A stretch of 62,654 nt of DNA, filler included, from Chrysochromulina tobinii (Eukaryota), in assembly GCA_001275005.1 (NCBI GenBank). It is 9 parts of 9 records of this genome, joined end to end, with 100 filler letters (N's around TTAATTAATTAA, not from the genome) between each part and the next. Parts side by side here need not be neighbours in the genome. Positions count along the whole stretch, not along the records: positions 14,514 to 25,983 come from JWZX01001049.1; positions 26,084 to 32,054 come from JWZX01001050.1; positions 32,155 to 36,119 come from JWZX01001051.1; 6 more parts are not named here. The stretch is one strand, 5' to 3'. Of this stretch, positions 21,843 to 33,191 are shown one piece after another. The notes beneath the pieces were generated by a model. It saw only the letters and a program-made list of their open reading frames with translations. It was not told the DNA's origin and did not search any database. A program made the translations under genes and the position numbers. Positions within the stretch are counted from its first letter, which is position 1. Every line of letters starts with the position of its first letter.

Positions 21843-21960
21843 TGGCATGCCGCCGATGGGCGCCTTGCCTTCCTCCATGTTTGCCACCCCGGCCACCCCG
21901 GCGCCCGCCCCCGCCCCCGCCGCGCCAGACCCATTTGCGAGCCTCGCAAAATTGCCTTGA
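18286..21960 (+). CDS. Synaptojanin-like phosphoinositide phosphatase (SAC1 domain, inositol 5-phosphatase domain, Gly/Met/Pro-rich tail)
   Basis: SAC1 motifs RFVWN, ARRSCEHAGTR, RGSVPVFWEQ, RTNCLDCLNRTN, QYTGT; 5-phosphatase motifs GTWN, GFQE, GNKGG, NSHL, GDLNYR, PTYKYD, PSWTDRVL, SDHKPV. Confidence 0.92.
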
Positions 21961-22414
21961 CAAAGATATTGGGCGCCCATGGTGGAAGAGAGTCAAGTGT
22001 AGTGTGTGGAGGGCCCAATCCATAGAGATGCGGCCCTTGTGCCTTGGGGGCGGTCAAGCATTGTCAAGGTCGCGGCCTCGCGCGTCATCGCAGCAGCAGC
22101 GGCGCACCGGTATGGGATTGCAGGATTGCATGGGAGTCGTGGAGGTTAGAAACTTGCGTAAAAGGTCAGCTCATGGCGGCACACTTCGCTCCGCCGCGAC
22201 GTTGCGAAAAAGGTCTGCGAGCGGCGGAAGGGTGTGGCGGTCCTTTAGGCATGCTAAGGGAACCGGATACTTAGACCGGTAACCGCCGTAGGAGATCGGA
22301 CTTTGTACCGGGGGATCCGGAAGGGATTCTCACGGGACATGATGTCACGGGAGCGTCTAGAGTGTTCGTGGTCTTGTTCGGTCTGAACGCGCGTCTTCGA
22401 CCTCTTGGGGCTCC

Positions 22415-23780
22415 ATGGCTTCGTCGCCCCCGAGGTCGGCCTCTGGGGGGTTCGCGCCGGCCGGTCGTCCTCTACACGAGGAGCCCGGTCGCATGGTAGC
22501 GGTGGATGATCCTGATCCTCCACAAGAAGCAACAATCGAAACCGAATCAATGGGAGTTCTTCGGGCTCACACAGTGGTCGTTCAGCGTCTCGCGAATGAG
22601 CTGTTCCATATCGAAGAGCTCCACCTTCGCGTGCAGCAAGGCTGCGAGCTAGACGCTGCGCAGCGCGAGAAGCTGGGGCGCGAAGATGAACTCCTAGCGG
22701 CCCTGGAAGCAGCAGTCGCAGTAGCGGAAGCAGCATTCGCAGTGCCGCGAACCGGGCCAGGGAGCCCTCAGAAACGCGAGGTGCAGTCCGCCCTCGACGC
22801 ACAGCGGCCGCAGCAGATCGAGCCAGAGAGCCCGCAGCAGCCGCGCGCCACGCTCGGGCCTACCAGACAGCACGAGGAGCCGTGCTCAGACCTCGTGCAG
22901 CAGCTCGAGGAGCTGTCAGCTCTCGTGCAGCGGCCACATCAGCCGCGCGTCGCAAAAGACGCAAGCAGGTCCACGGAGCCCGCTTCAGCGCGAGCAGCAG
23001 GCAGCCCACGAGCAGCGGCCGCAGCAGCCGCGCGTCGAAAAGACGCATAAAACAGGGCCAGGGAGCCAGCGTGAGCACAAGGAGAGCGTTCCTCTCGTGC
23101 AGCGGCCGCAGCAGTCGAGCGTCGCGAAGACGCAGATCGGACCAAAGAGCCCACGTAAGCGCAAGGAGCAGTCAGCCCTTGTGCAGCGGCCGCAGCAGCC
23201 GGAATTTGGGCCAGTGAGCCAAAGGAAGCGCGAGGAGCAGTCTGCTCTCGTGCAGCGGCCGCAGCAGCCGCGCGTCGCAGAGACGCAGCTCAAGCCAGTG
23301 AGCCAAATATGTGAGCACGAGGAGCAGTCAGCTCTCGTGCAGCGGCCGCAGCAGCCGCGCGTCGCAGAGACGCAGCTCAAGCCAGTGAGCCTATGTGAGC
23401 ACGAGGAGCAGTCTGCTCTCGTGCAGCGGCCGCAGCAGCCGCGCGTCGCAGAGACGCAGCTCGGGCCGGAGAGCCCGCGTGAGCACAAGGAGCAGTCAGC
23501 TCTCGTGCAGCGGCCGCAGCAGCTGCGCGCCACAGTTGAGGTGCAGCCAGAGCCACAGTCAGAGCCAGAGCCACGGGATCCAAAGCAACAGTCAGAGCCA
23601 GAGCCTCAGAAGCCAGAGCCACAATCGGACGCCGAGCCCGACAACTGGATCTGGAAGCCAGGGGGCTTCGAACCCCGAGTGTTCGATCCTGGGGGGTCAA
23701 CAGAGATGACGGTGCGCAAGCCTGCTCACAACACGTGCTCGTCCCTTCGGGTGCGCCTTCGACTGCGTGGCGACGGGTGA
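22415..23780 (+). pseudogene. LTR-embedded ORF (coiled-coil, Q/P/E-rich tandem repeats, WKPGG/FDPGG), frameshifted in copy 1
   Basis: ORFs 22415-23050 and 23097-23780; homologous starts at 24132 and 25715; roughly 72-75 bp repeats encoding EEQSALVQRPQQPRVAETQ. Confidence 0.6.
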
Positions 23781-24697
23781 GCACGCAGCCCAAATCTGAC
23801 CCAGGGACCTACACTTGGTCCCGGACTCGGAACATGGGGGGCAGCAGGCAGCGGACCCGTACGCGGTCCCGCAGGCATGAAACTCCACCGCTCTGTTCGC
23901 TCAGCGGCTCAAGATGCCTCGAGCGTGGGGGGTGCGAGCGGCGGAAGGGTGTGGCGGTCCTTTAGGCATGCTAAGGGAACCGGATACTTAGACCGGTAAC
24001 CGCCGTAGGAGATCGGACGAGGTACCGGGGGATCCGGAAGGGATTCTCACGGGACATGATGTCACGGGAGCGTCTAGAGTGTTCGTGGTCTTGTTCGGTC
24101 TGAACGCGCGTCTTCGACCTCTTGGGGCTCCATGGCTTCGTCGCCCCCGAGGTCGGCCTCTGGGGGGTTCGCGCCGGCCGGTCGTCCTCTACCCGAGGAG
24201 GCCGGTCGCATGGTAGCGGTGGATGATCCTGATCCTCCACAAGAAGCAAAAATCGAAACCGAATCCATGGGAGTTCTTCGGGCTCACACAGTGGTCGTTC
24301 ATCGTCTCGCGAATGAGCTGTTCCATATCGAAGAGCTCCACCTTCGCGTGCAGCAAGGCTGCGAGCTAGACGCTGCGCAGCGCGAGAAGCTGGGGCGCGA
24401 GGATGAACTCCTAACGGCCCTGGAAGCAGCAATCGCAGTAGCGGAAGCAGCATTCGCAGTGCCACAAACCGGGCCAGGGAGCCCTGAAAAACGCGAGGTG
24501 CAGTCCGCCCTCGACGCACAGCGGCCGCAGCAGATTGAGCCGAAGAGCCCGCAGCAGCCGCGCGTCGAAAAGACGCATAAAACAAGGCCAAGGAGCCAGT
24601 GCAAGCACAAGGAGAGCGTTCCTCTCGTGCAGCGGCCGCAGATCGGGCCGAACAGTCAGCACAAGGAGCAGTCAGCCCACGTGCAGCAGCCGCAGCA

Positions 24698-25424
24698 GGG
24701 TACCAAGTGTAGGTCCCTGGGTCAGATTTGGGCTGCGTGCTCACCCGTCGCCACGCAGTCGAAGGCGCACCCTAAGGTGCGAGCACGCTTTGTGAGCAGG
24801 CTTGCGCACCGTCGTTCCCGTTGACCCCCCAGGATCGAACACTTGGGGTTCGAAGCCCCCTGGCTTCCAGTGGTCGGGCTCGGCGTCCGATAAGGCGATG
24901 GTGTTGAGCGCGATGCCCATGAAATTCTTCTCTGGCGTCTGCTCGACACGCAGCTCCTCGGGCTCCTTTGGCTTCGGCTGCGTCTGTGGCTGTGGCTGTT
25001 TTGGCCCTGGCCCTGACTGTGGCTCTGGCTTCCGTGGCTCTGGCTCCCTTGGTTTTGGCTTGGGTTTTGGCTGAGCCTCTGCGGCATGTGGCTGCTGCCG
25101 CTGCACGAGAGCTGACTGCTCTTCGCGCTCACGCGGGCTCTCTGGCCTGATCTGTGTCTCTGCGACGTGCGGCATCTGCGGCCGCCGTACGAGAGCTGAC
25201 TGCTGCTCGCGTTCACGCGGGCCCACTGGCCCGATCTGCGTCCCTGCGACGCTCGGCATCTGCGGCCGCTGCGCGAGAGCTGACTGCTGCTCGCGCTCAC
25301 ATTGGCTCATCGGCCCGATCTGCGTCCCTGCGACGCTCGGCATCTGCGGCCGCTGCACGAGAGCTGACTGCTCCTCGTGTTCACATGGGCTCTCTGGCCC
25401 GATCTGCGTCTCGGCGACGCGCGG
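24698..25424 (-). repeat. Inverted segment of the second LTR unit
   Basis: 24701-24860 is the reverse complement of about 23660-23820; collinearity with unit 1 resumes at GGACTCGGAAC (25425). Confidence 0.9.
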
Positions 25425-26083
25425 GGACTCGGAACATGGGGGGCAGCAGGCAGCGGACCATTTCGCGGTCCCGCACGCATAACCACCGCTCTGTTCGCTC
25501 AGCGGCTCAAGATGCCTCGAGCGTGGGGGGTGCTAGCGGCGGAAGGGTGTGGCGGTCCTTTAGGCATGCTAAGGGAACCGGATACTTAGACCGGTAACCG
25601 CCGTAGGAGATCGGACGAGGTACCGGGGGATCCGGAAGGGATTCTCACGGGAGCGTCTAGAGTGTTCGTGGTCTTGTTCGGTCTGAACACGCGTCTTCGA
25701 CCTCTTGGGGCTCCATGGCTTCGTCGCCCCCGAGGTCGGCCTCTGGGGGGTTCGCGCCGGCCGGTCGTCCTCTACCCGAGGAGGCCGGTCGCATGGTAGC
25801 GGTGGATGATCCTGATCCTCCACAAGAAGCAAAAATCGAAACCGAATCCATGGGAGTTCTTCGGGCTCACACAGTGGTCGTTCATCGTCTCGCGAATGAG
25901 CTGTTCCATATCGAAGAGCTCCACCTTCGCGTGCAGCAAGGCTGCGAGCTAGACGCTGCGCAGCGCGAGAAGCTGGGGCGCGANNNNNNNNNNNNNNNNN
26001 NNNNNNNNNNNNNNNNNNNNNNNNNNNTTAATTAATTAANNNNNNNNNNNNNNNNNNNNNNNNNNNNNNNNNNNNNNNNNNNN

Positions 26084-28497
26084 GACTCGCGTCGCGGCGG
26101 GAGGCGGCGGCGGCACGCACCTCGGCAGGAAGGCGCGCCGTATCGATCACCCACCCAAGCGCAGGCACCCCCCTCGAGGAGCGCGATACGGTGCCTAACG
26201 AGAAGCTGCCGCTGCCGCCGCCGCTCAGGCCGCTGCCGCCCATCTGACCGCCGCTGCTGCTGCGGTTGGTGCCGCGCCTCTCTGCCACATGCCCCTTCGG
26301 GTTCGGGTTAGCCTCATGCGGCTTCGCATGCGGCTGGTCGTCCGGCTCCTTCTCTTGCCCCTCGGGCTCGCCATCACATGGGCCGTTGCACGGATAGAAG
26401 CCCGGATGGTAGTAGCCTACCCTTTCGAGCCACCAGGCAGGATAGAAGAGCTTCTGCACCTGGAGTGTTGGCGAGGCAAGGGGCGAGGCGACGAGGTAGC
26501 CATCGTGCAGCTTCGTCATGAGCGTCGTCGCGAGCGAGCGCCACGCCTCGGTGCTCGCGAGCGCGCTCGCACGGTCGGCGGCCGCCAGGATCGCCGCTGC
26601 CTCCGCCGCCGTCGGCGCCGCCGCCGCCGCCGCCTCGGCCACCTCTGCGGCCGCGGCCGCCGCGCCCTCGGCGGCCGCCTGAGCGGCCTCAATGTCGTCC
26701 CACGCGAAATCGTACCCGTTGGCGCGCGCCCAGTTGTTGACGAGGTTCGTCTGCCAAAAGTACGAGCCGCTCGGCTCGAAGACGTCGGAGCGGTGCAGCG
26801 AGCCTTGCACGAACGCGTGCGGCAGCTGTGTGGGCGCGTCCACCGCCACGTCGGGCAGGATGTGCAGCGGAGTATACACGGCCGCGTGCGGCGCACCCTG
26901 CGTCGCCCAGACTCGGCCGCCTAGCCACGGCCTGTCGCTCGCAGACGTGGGACGCCCTATCTCGGTCACGTGCGAGTACGACGTACGGAACATCGAGATC
27001 GCGCGAGGGAAGGTGCCGCCGGGCGAGAGTTGGTTGCCGTCGTAGCGCGACGGGTCGCCATACGGGCCCGAGGCGAGGTTGCGCGTCAGGTCGAGCGACG
27101 CGTGCGCGGCGCCGCGATACACATCGCGGATCAGGCTCAGAAAGTCGCCGGCGGTGAGCGGGCGCGCGGGCGCGGCGGAGAATGGGTAGATGTCGGTGGC
27201 GAGTGGCGTGTGCGGCGGCCACGGCCACTCCCGATCCGGCGCCCACAGACTAAACGTTCGCCACAGCCGATCGTTCGAGTACGGCGCTTTCTCAGGTTCC
27301 TCGTTGCCACCAAACGTGAGCAGCCAGTCGACCAGCCGCCGCCCTTGGGCGTCGCGGCGCACGCCGTGGCGCAAGGGCGGCAGCCGCTCAAACGGCTTCG
27401 CGCCGGCAGAGCCGAGGGGGTGCACGAGGGTGAGGTACTCGGCCACTTCCCACAGGTGGGACGCATACCGGAAGGCCTCGCCGCGCACCGCGCGCAACGT
27501 GGGCGTCGCCTCATCCGGCGTCCCCTCGGTCACATCGCGCGTCACATAGCGGTTCGCCACGGGCACAAAGTGCTCATCGGGTACGCGCTGCGCTACCCAC
27601 ACCGCCGAGTGCCACGCGGCCTCTGGCGTGGCGATCCCCGCGGCAGCCTGCGCGCTCGGCGGCAGCGGAGCGATCTGAAACGCCCACGCCTCCGTCGGGT
27701 CGGCCACCTGCCATCACAGGCGAGCAGCGCCGATCGGCGGCAATCTAGAGCCAAATCAGCAACAAAGCAGCGGCACTCGGGCGCACTCAGCACGCAGCAC
27801 TCACCAGGAGGAGTTCGCCGTTGGCAGCCACTTCAGGCAGCCCCGTCCCATGCCCGCCGTAGAAGCCATCGCGCGTGGCCAGGTAGCCCATCAGGTCGAC
27901 GGCGCATCGGGCACTCGGGCAGCGGCTCAGCGCCACGCGGCTCAGCGCTGAGATGTCCCACAGCGCCCCATCGCGCGCACCCTGCGACGGGTTCGTCCGT
28001 GCGAGGCTCAGCAGCGCCGGCGTGGCGCCACACGTGCTCTCGACCATTGCCACCTGCTTCGAGTTAGCGATGCTGTACTGGCCCTCGATGGTCGCAAGCG
28101 TGCCCTCCGCGACCACGCCGAGCATCGCCGCCACCTCGGGCTCGAGCGGCGCGAGCTCGCCGATCGTTTGGTTGTTGTACCACTCGTCACTCGTCCAGAC
28201 GTCGAGGAGCGGTTTGGGCAGCTCGGTGTCGAGGTTGCTCGGATCGTATGTTGGCGAGCGGTTGCTCACCTCGCGTGGGTACAGCTGGCTGAATAGGCGC
28301 ACGGGCTCTGGCTGGGCAGCGGCCGAGGCTGAGAGCGGCGGCACGCGCGCGAGCCTGAAGTCGCAATCGAGGCAGTCGTCGGTGTGCAGGAGTAGCGTCG
28401 CGCCATTCGCGGTCGCCTTGCGACCGGCCACGACGGCGGTACATGCAGTGGCACGCTGCACGGTGAGCGCGACGAGCACGATCGGCAGCAGCCTCAT
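26084..28497 (-). CDS. Secreted peptidase C69 (dipeptidase/secernin family), intron 27708-27804; 3' end runs off contig
   Basis: Signal peptide then A|CTAVVAGRKATANGATLLLHTDD (N-terminal Cys nucleophile), NSKQVAMVESTC, GELLL|VADPTEAW, WVAQRVPD, VANRY, GPYGDPSRY, RAISMFRTSYS. Confidence 0.88.
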
Positions 28498-29104
28498 ATG
28501 ATACACGAGCATTGGAGCCTGCGCGCCTCCACTACGTCTCTGAGTCTCATCATCCGCCGAAGAGACCCCCGACGTCGGCACAGCCTTCACACGGTTCCAG
28601 GTGTGAATGAACTCACTTTGGGCGGTGTGATTGTCAACCGTGCGACATCCTTCAGTGCCTACTAAGAGGTTGGTCCAATACCGCACATCACCCTTTCACA
28701 CACACCCCTTGCTTGCAGTTCCGGGCAAGCCCCCCTCGAAGCCCCCCGCCCTATAGGCCGCGCCTTATTCTGTTACCTCATCCCCAAGAGGAGCATGCTC
28801 CTCACCACATGCACAAGGGTGGGAACCACTTGCATAAGGGGACCCTTTAGGACTACCATGGTACTCGTCATCATCATCGTCACCATCGAGTGCCTTTGAC
28901 GATGTCGTCCGAGTATCATGACAAGTCTGCAAGTCGTTTCACGCGATCCCGCCGTCTTCTCTATGCATCACCTTATTCATCTTCACACATCGTCATAGCG
29001 AACAGTGATGTTGCTTCGCACGTTGCAGCGCCAGCATGTGGGAGATGTTGCCAAAGGCTTCCCACCTTCCTGGGCCATTCTGGGCCATTTCAAGGTGCAA
29101 GCAC

Positions 29105-31672
29105 TTACAGGCGACTGCTCAAGTCCTCCATCTCGGCGTAGGGGGACGCGCTGCCAGTCCCCATGCCAGTCGAGGCTCCACCGATGCCAATCTCGGTAAT
29201 CTGCGCACGGCCGCGAGCCGGCAGGCTGCGGGATATGCGCTTGCCACGGTAGAGGAAGAAGCAGCAGCACAAAATTGCAATCATGCACAGGCCTCCACCG
29301 AGGACGACGACACCGAGGATAAACCCGAGGACGAACCCCGCGGGGTCGACGCTCGGGGGTGAAGATGGCGGCGGTGGCGATGGTGGTGGGGGCATGGCAC
29401 CTCGTGGGAATGGACTGCCCGTGATGGGCGTGCTGGTGTTGCGATTGCTCAGGCGGGCGGCAGTGCCGTGATGCCCGTAGATGAGAAGGTTCCAGCTGTG
29501 GAGCGTCGAGTCCACATTCGGACCGTTCGCGATCCGCCGATCACGGATCGCGAGCGTCCACGTGCCCACCGGGCTTTCGCCCCAGCTACGCACGCTCGTC
29601 ATCTTCCAATTGAAGCGTGGCATGTAGAGCGAGGGCTGCCCGTTCGCGCCCACCCAGTTCGCCGCAAGGCAGTCGTCGTAGTCGCACTCACAATCCAGAG
29701 GGTTGTCGCAAACTCCATTGTTTTTCGTGGGGCACGTGTCTGCCGTGGCCGAGCAGCCCTCGACCGGCGGGTTGGACGTCTCGGGCCGCGGGCCGGGGGT
29801 CAGGACGGAGTGCGTGCCCGAGGGCGAGGTGAGCTCGAGCTGCAAGTCGCCGCGCGACGAGTGGTTGAGGTTGAGGAAGATTTCGATCCACTCGATCGCC
29901 CACGCCTGGCTCTGCGCGCCGACCGTGACACTGGTCGACAGCGTCGAGCCATCGTGCGGGACGGTGAGCAGGTGCTGCGTCGAGCTCGCAATAATGCGCT
30001 GCTCGATCCCCCAGTTGGTCCACGAGAGCGCGGCAGCCACAGCCGCGCTGGCGTCGACCATGCCGAAGCCGTACCTGATGTTGTGGATGAAGCCAGCCGC
30101 GTTCGTGGTCCAGAGGGGGCTAGTGGGGTCGTTTCGGCTCGTCGTCGCCGCGAGGATCCCTTGCAAGTCGCGGTAGGTGAGCAGCGGGTTGGCTTCGAGC
30201 ATGAGCGCGACCACGCCCGAGACGACGGGGCACGAATACGAAGTTCCCTGCCCCTGCGCGGCACAGCCGCCGCCTGCTGCCGCGACGTACCAGCTGTTGC
30301 TGTGCTGAGTTGAGTCGCCGCCCGGCGCGGTGATGAAGAGCGACGAGCCCGTCGCCGAGTAGTACGAGTGCAAGCCGAGCTTGTCGGTGGCGCCGACGGT
30401 GATCGTGAAGCGCGAGTGCATGTAAATCTCAAAGTTGACGTTGTTGCCATCGGCGTTCCCGTTGCCTGCTGAAAAGACGTACACGATGCCGCGTCCGCTG
30501 CGCCCCTCGAGGACACCACGCTGCAGGACACGATTGATGACCCAGGGCTCGTGCGTGTACGTGCATGTCGTCCAGAGGTACGTCCACGAGGCGCACTCAC
30601 CGTCCGCGTCAAAGTTGAAATCGTCCTGGCAGTAGGTCGAGATGACATCGTTGCAAGAGCTCGGCGGCGACGTCCAGCTGGCCCCGGCGCACTGGGAAGC
30701 GCTGCACGGGCTGATGCCCGAGGCCACAAAGGGGCACCCCTGCAGCTGACGCTGCCGGAGCTCGCGCCGCCTATAGCGAGCGAGCGCTGTGCACGCGTCA
30801 GTCCCCCACGAGTTGGATGAGATGTGGTTTCGGTCCATGTTGCCGATTAACTGATCCTCGACGGTGTTGACAAGACTGCACTCGGACAGCGTCGCACCAT
30901 ACGCGACGCCGCGAGAGCATCCAACGTTATCGGCCGCGAGCGCGATCGCAGCCGTTGTGGTACCGTGTTCGCCGTCGCTTTGGAACGGGCACGACCCCAA
31001 CGCATCATACTTGCCCGAAAAAGCGGGGTGTGTCTGATCGGGCGTCTCTGGATCGACTATGTTGATCGTCACGCCAGCACCAGTGTAGCCCGCCGCCCAT
31101 GCGGGCTGCAGGTTGATCAGAGTGTGCGCCCAGGCGTTCATCTCGTAGTAAGGGTCGGTGACAGGCGAGGCCACGCAGCCGCTGCTGCTCGTCCAAGCAT
31201 CGTGCGGGCAAAGTATGCGATCGCCTGGCAGCAGCGCCGATATCGGCGCAGTCGCACACAGCGCGCCTGCGGCACACCACCAGTTGGAGGCGCGGGCGGC
31301 CATGCAGCTGCTGCACGTCCTGTAGTGAGAGTACAGCTGTTGCCCACAGGTGGTGAACCCACAGGTGGCCGGACAATTGTAAGCCACTTCCGCGAAATAC
31401 TGTGAAGACGGCTCGCAGTACCCAGAGGCTGCAAAGGCGGCACACGTCGAATTGAGATACACGTCGACGCACTGCGCACAGTTGAGCCTACAGGTGGCCG
31501 GACAGGTGAGAGTCATGTACGCGTATAGACTCGAATTCGGCGAGCAATACCCAAGGGCTGCCCCGTCAGCACAAAACGAAGCTGGCTGCACGTCGACGCA
31601 CTGAAAGTGTGAAGCGGCCGAGATGGCGAGCAACGTGCTCAATGTTGCGAAGATGGATTTTATCGTCCCCAT
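29105..31672 (-). CDS. Kexin/furin-like subtilase with two N-terminal ShK-like domains, a PSI-like domain, P-domain and C-terminal TM helix
   Basis: Catalytic motifs VTINIVD, HGTTTA, SAGNG, GTSYSCPVVSG; NPLLTYRDLQ, YGFGMVDA; P-domain HSSRGDLQLELTSPSGT and WGESPVGTWTL; two six-Cys CVD...C...GYC...CPATC..C repeats after a signal peptide. Confidence 0.88.
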   Translation of the reverse strand: MGTIKSIFATLSTLLAISAASHFQCVDVQPASFCADGAALGYCSPNSSLYAYMTLTCPATCRLNCAQCVDVYLNSTCAAFAASGYCEPSSQYFAEVAYNCPATCGFTTCGQQLYSHYRTCSSCMAARASNWWCAAGALCATAPISALLPGDRILCPHDAWTSSSGCVASPVTDPYYEMNAWAHTLINLQPAWAAGYTGAGVTINIVDPETPDQTHPAFSGKYDALGSCPFQSDGEHGTTTAAIALAADNVGCSRGVAYGATLSECSLVNTVEDQLIGNMDRNHISSNSWGTDACTALARYRRRELRQRQLQGCPFVASGISPCSASQCAGASWTSPPSSCNDVISTYCQDDFNFDADGECASWTYLWTTCTYTHEPWVINRVLQRGVLEGRSGRGIVYVFSAGNGNADGNNVNFEIYMHSRFTITVGATDKLGLHSYYSATGSSLFITAPGGDSTQHSNSWYVAAAGGGCAAQGQGTSYSCPVVSGVVALMLEANPLLTYRDLQGILAATTSRNDPTSPLWTTNAAGFIHNIRYGFGMVDASAAVAAALSWTNWGIEQRIIASSTQHLLTVPHDGSTLSTSVTVGAQSQAWAIEWIEIFLNLNHSSRGDLQLELTSPSGTHSVLTPGPRPETSNPPVEGCSATADTCPTKNNGVCDNPLDCECDYDDCLAANWVGANGQPSLYMPRFNWKMTSVRSWGESPVGTWTLAIRDRRIANGPNVDSTLHSWNLLIYGHHGTAARLSNRNTSTPITGSPFPRGAMPPPPSPPPPSSPPSVDPAGFVLGFILGVVVLGGGLCMIAILCCCFFLYRGKRISRSLPARGRAQITEIGIGGASTGMGTGSASPYAEMEDLSSRL

Positions 31673-32154
31673 GCTTTGAGATCTACCCTCGTTGACCTCG
31701 GCGCCAGCAGTGCACTCCCGTTCTGCAAGACACGAAAAATGCGCGTACTGTACGAACGTGTGCGAACGTGCCACTATCTGAAACGGTGACTTTCTTTCCC
31801 TACAATAGTAAAAGCCGCGATACGAACTATCTGGAGAAAACATGCCGCGAAAGATGCAGTCGCACAATGGTCCGTTTTCAAAAGCCAATACGTCTCTGCG
31901 CTGCGATTACATGTAAAGATGGGGATCTACTACATTTGTATGTGGGGTGACGGGGGTTTTCCTATTCAAATTGGGGGTGGTTTCCTATACAATACGTATC
32001 CTTATGTATCCTGCATGTATCTTGCATGTATCTTGCATGTATTTCGATGTGTCCNNNNNNNNNNNNNNNNNNNNNNNNNNNNNNNNNNNNNNNNNNNNTT
32101 AATTAATTAANNNNNNNNNNNNNNNNNNNNNNNNNNNNNNNNNNNNNNNNNNNN

Positions 32155-32336
32155 AACGCCCCCTCGGTGCCGCCCGTGTCGCTCACCCAGTTGGCGAGCG
32201 CGGCCGATCGCGCCGCGGCCGAACGGGACCACGCGACCACCTCGCCCTCGGCGCTTCGCACCCTCACATCGCTATCGTCGCCGTCGCCGACGATGTCCTC
32301 ACCACCGTCGACGACATCGTCCCGATGACGCTTCAT
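32155..32336 (-). CDS. 5' end of a tandem paralog of the Skp1/F-box/LRR gene (truncated by contig end)
   Basis: MKRHR...VRVRSAEGEVVAWSRSAAARSAALANWVSDTGGTEGA is nearly identical in DNA to 34897-35076. Confidence 0.8.
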
Positions 32337-32425
32337 TTTGCGGTCGCACACATTACCGGTAGGCATGCGCATTCACACCACGGACGACTTTGGATGTCAA
32401 GAGTGGGACTTTCACATCGTGAACC

Positions 32426-32516
32426 TCAGTTCAGTTCAGTTTCTTCGCGGTCCCTCCACGCTCACTCCACCACCGTCTGAAAGGATGGCTCCGCTCCCCT
32501 CGGTCAACACAAGTAC
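32426..32516 (-). mobile_element. SINE/LINE-like 3' fragment with (CTGAA)n tail, copy 2
   Basis: Near-identical to 2279-2375 on a different contig. Confidence 0.6.
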
Positions 32517-33191
32517 TGAGTACTCGTTCGCTTGGGCTACTCAATTTCGCTAGTGAGGTCGGTCTCTCCCAGCACACAGTGTGATCTCTGGTGCTCGCTG
32601 CCCTATACTACCGGGCGGGATTGTGATAGGCAATCAGGTGGGGGGTGGGGGGAGGGGTGGGGGGTGGGGTTTTGTCAACCGTCATCATATCACCATCCGA
32701 TCCGATATCTCTGCCGTCGTTGTCCTGCCGCTGCCTCTGCCGTCCGTGCGAGTGTAGCGCTTTTTTCAATCATGCCGATCATCTGCGGTCCGATCTTGAT
32801 CGTGAACCTCGATTAGGAATGACGAACTCCGATTGTTTTCACACCGCACCCCTCGGGGCGTCTCGCGGCGTCGGCGGCGGTCCGCCATTGTGCTCCCCGA
32901 GACCATCACAATGCGTTTAATCTTTAAATGCGTGTGCTCTAACGACCGTTGATCGACGTCGGTGACTCGTAGCGGGTGTGACACTCACACACCCGCAGCC
33001 GAACTGCCCGTGCGCAATAAATAGAGCAATAGTACTACGCAGCAAGGCCCGACATGCAGTCACGAGTCAGCATGTCTTACAGGTCACCCACATGCACATT
33101 TCCATTGTTTTCGATGGCGAAGCCGGTGCAAAGAGCAGGATGGTGCTGGGTGGCTCTCCGGCGGACTTGAGAATGTCGAAGCTCCACATTA

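Larger units (their letters stand above)
22216..25983 (+). mobile_element. Tandem array of a non-autonomous LTR retroelement (LTR-internal-LTR-internal-LTR, truncated by contig end)
   Basis: Three homologous units start with TG at 22216, 23933 and 25531. Unit 1 ends ...CCTACA at 23813, followed by PBS-like TGGT(A)CCCGGACTCGGAA (23816-23832). G-rich PPT-like GAGCGTGGGGGG directly precedes units 2 and 3. Confidence 0.75.

Noticed and set aside
21620..21860. GGCATG repeat as a separate element
   Set aside because: It is the in-frame Gly/Met low-complexity tail of the synaptojanin-like protein.
23090..23520. CRISPR-like repeat-spacer pattern; Cys-rich antisense ORF 22985-23533
   Set aside because: These are coding-type tandem repeats inside the LTR; the Cys-rich ORF is the antisense shadow of CAG/GCA-rich repeats.
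27708..27804. C69 intron (also 49876-49978 and 3258-3350) as members of the duplication-type intron family
   Set aside because: No clear exon duplicate and no TCATCAG tail; treated as ordinary introns.
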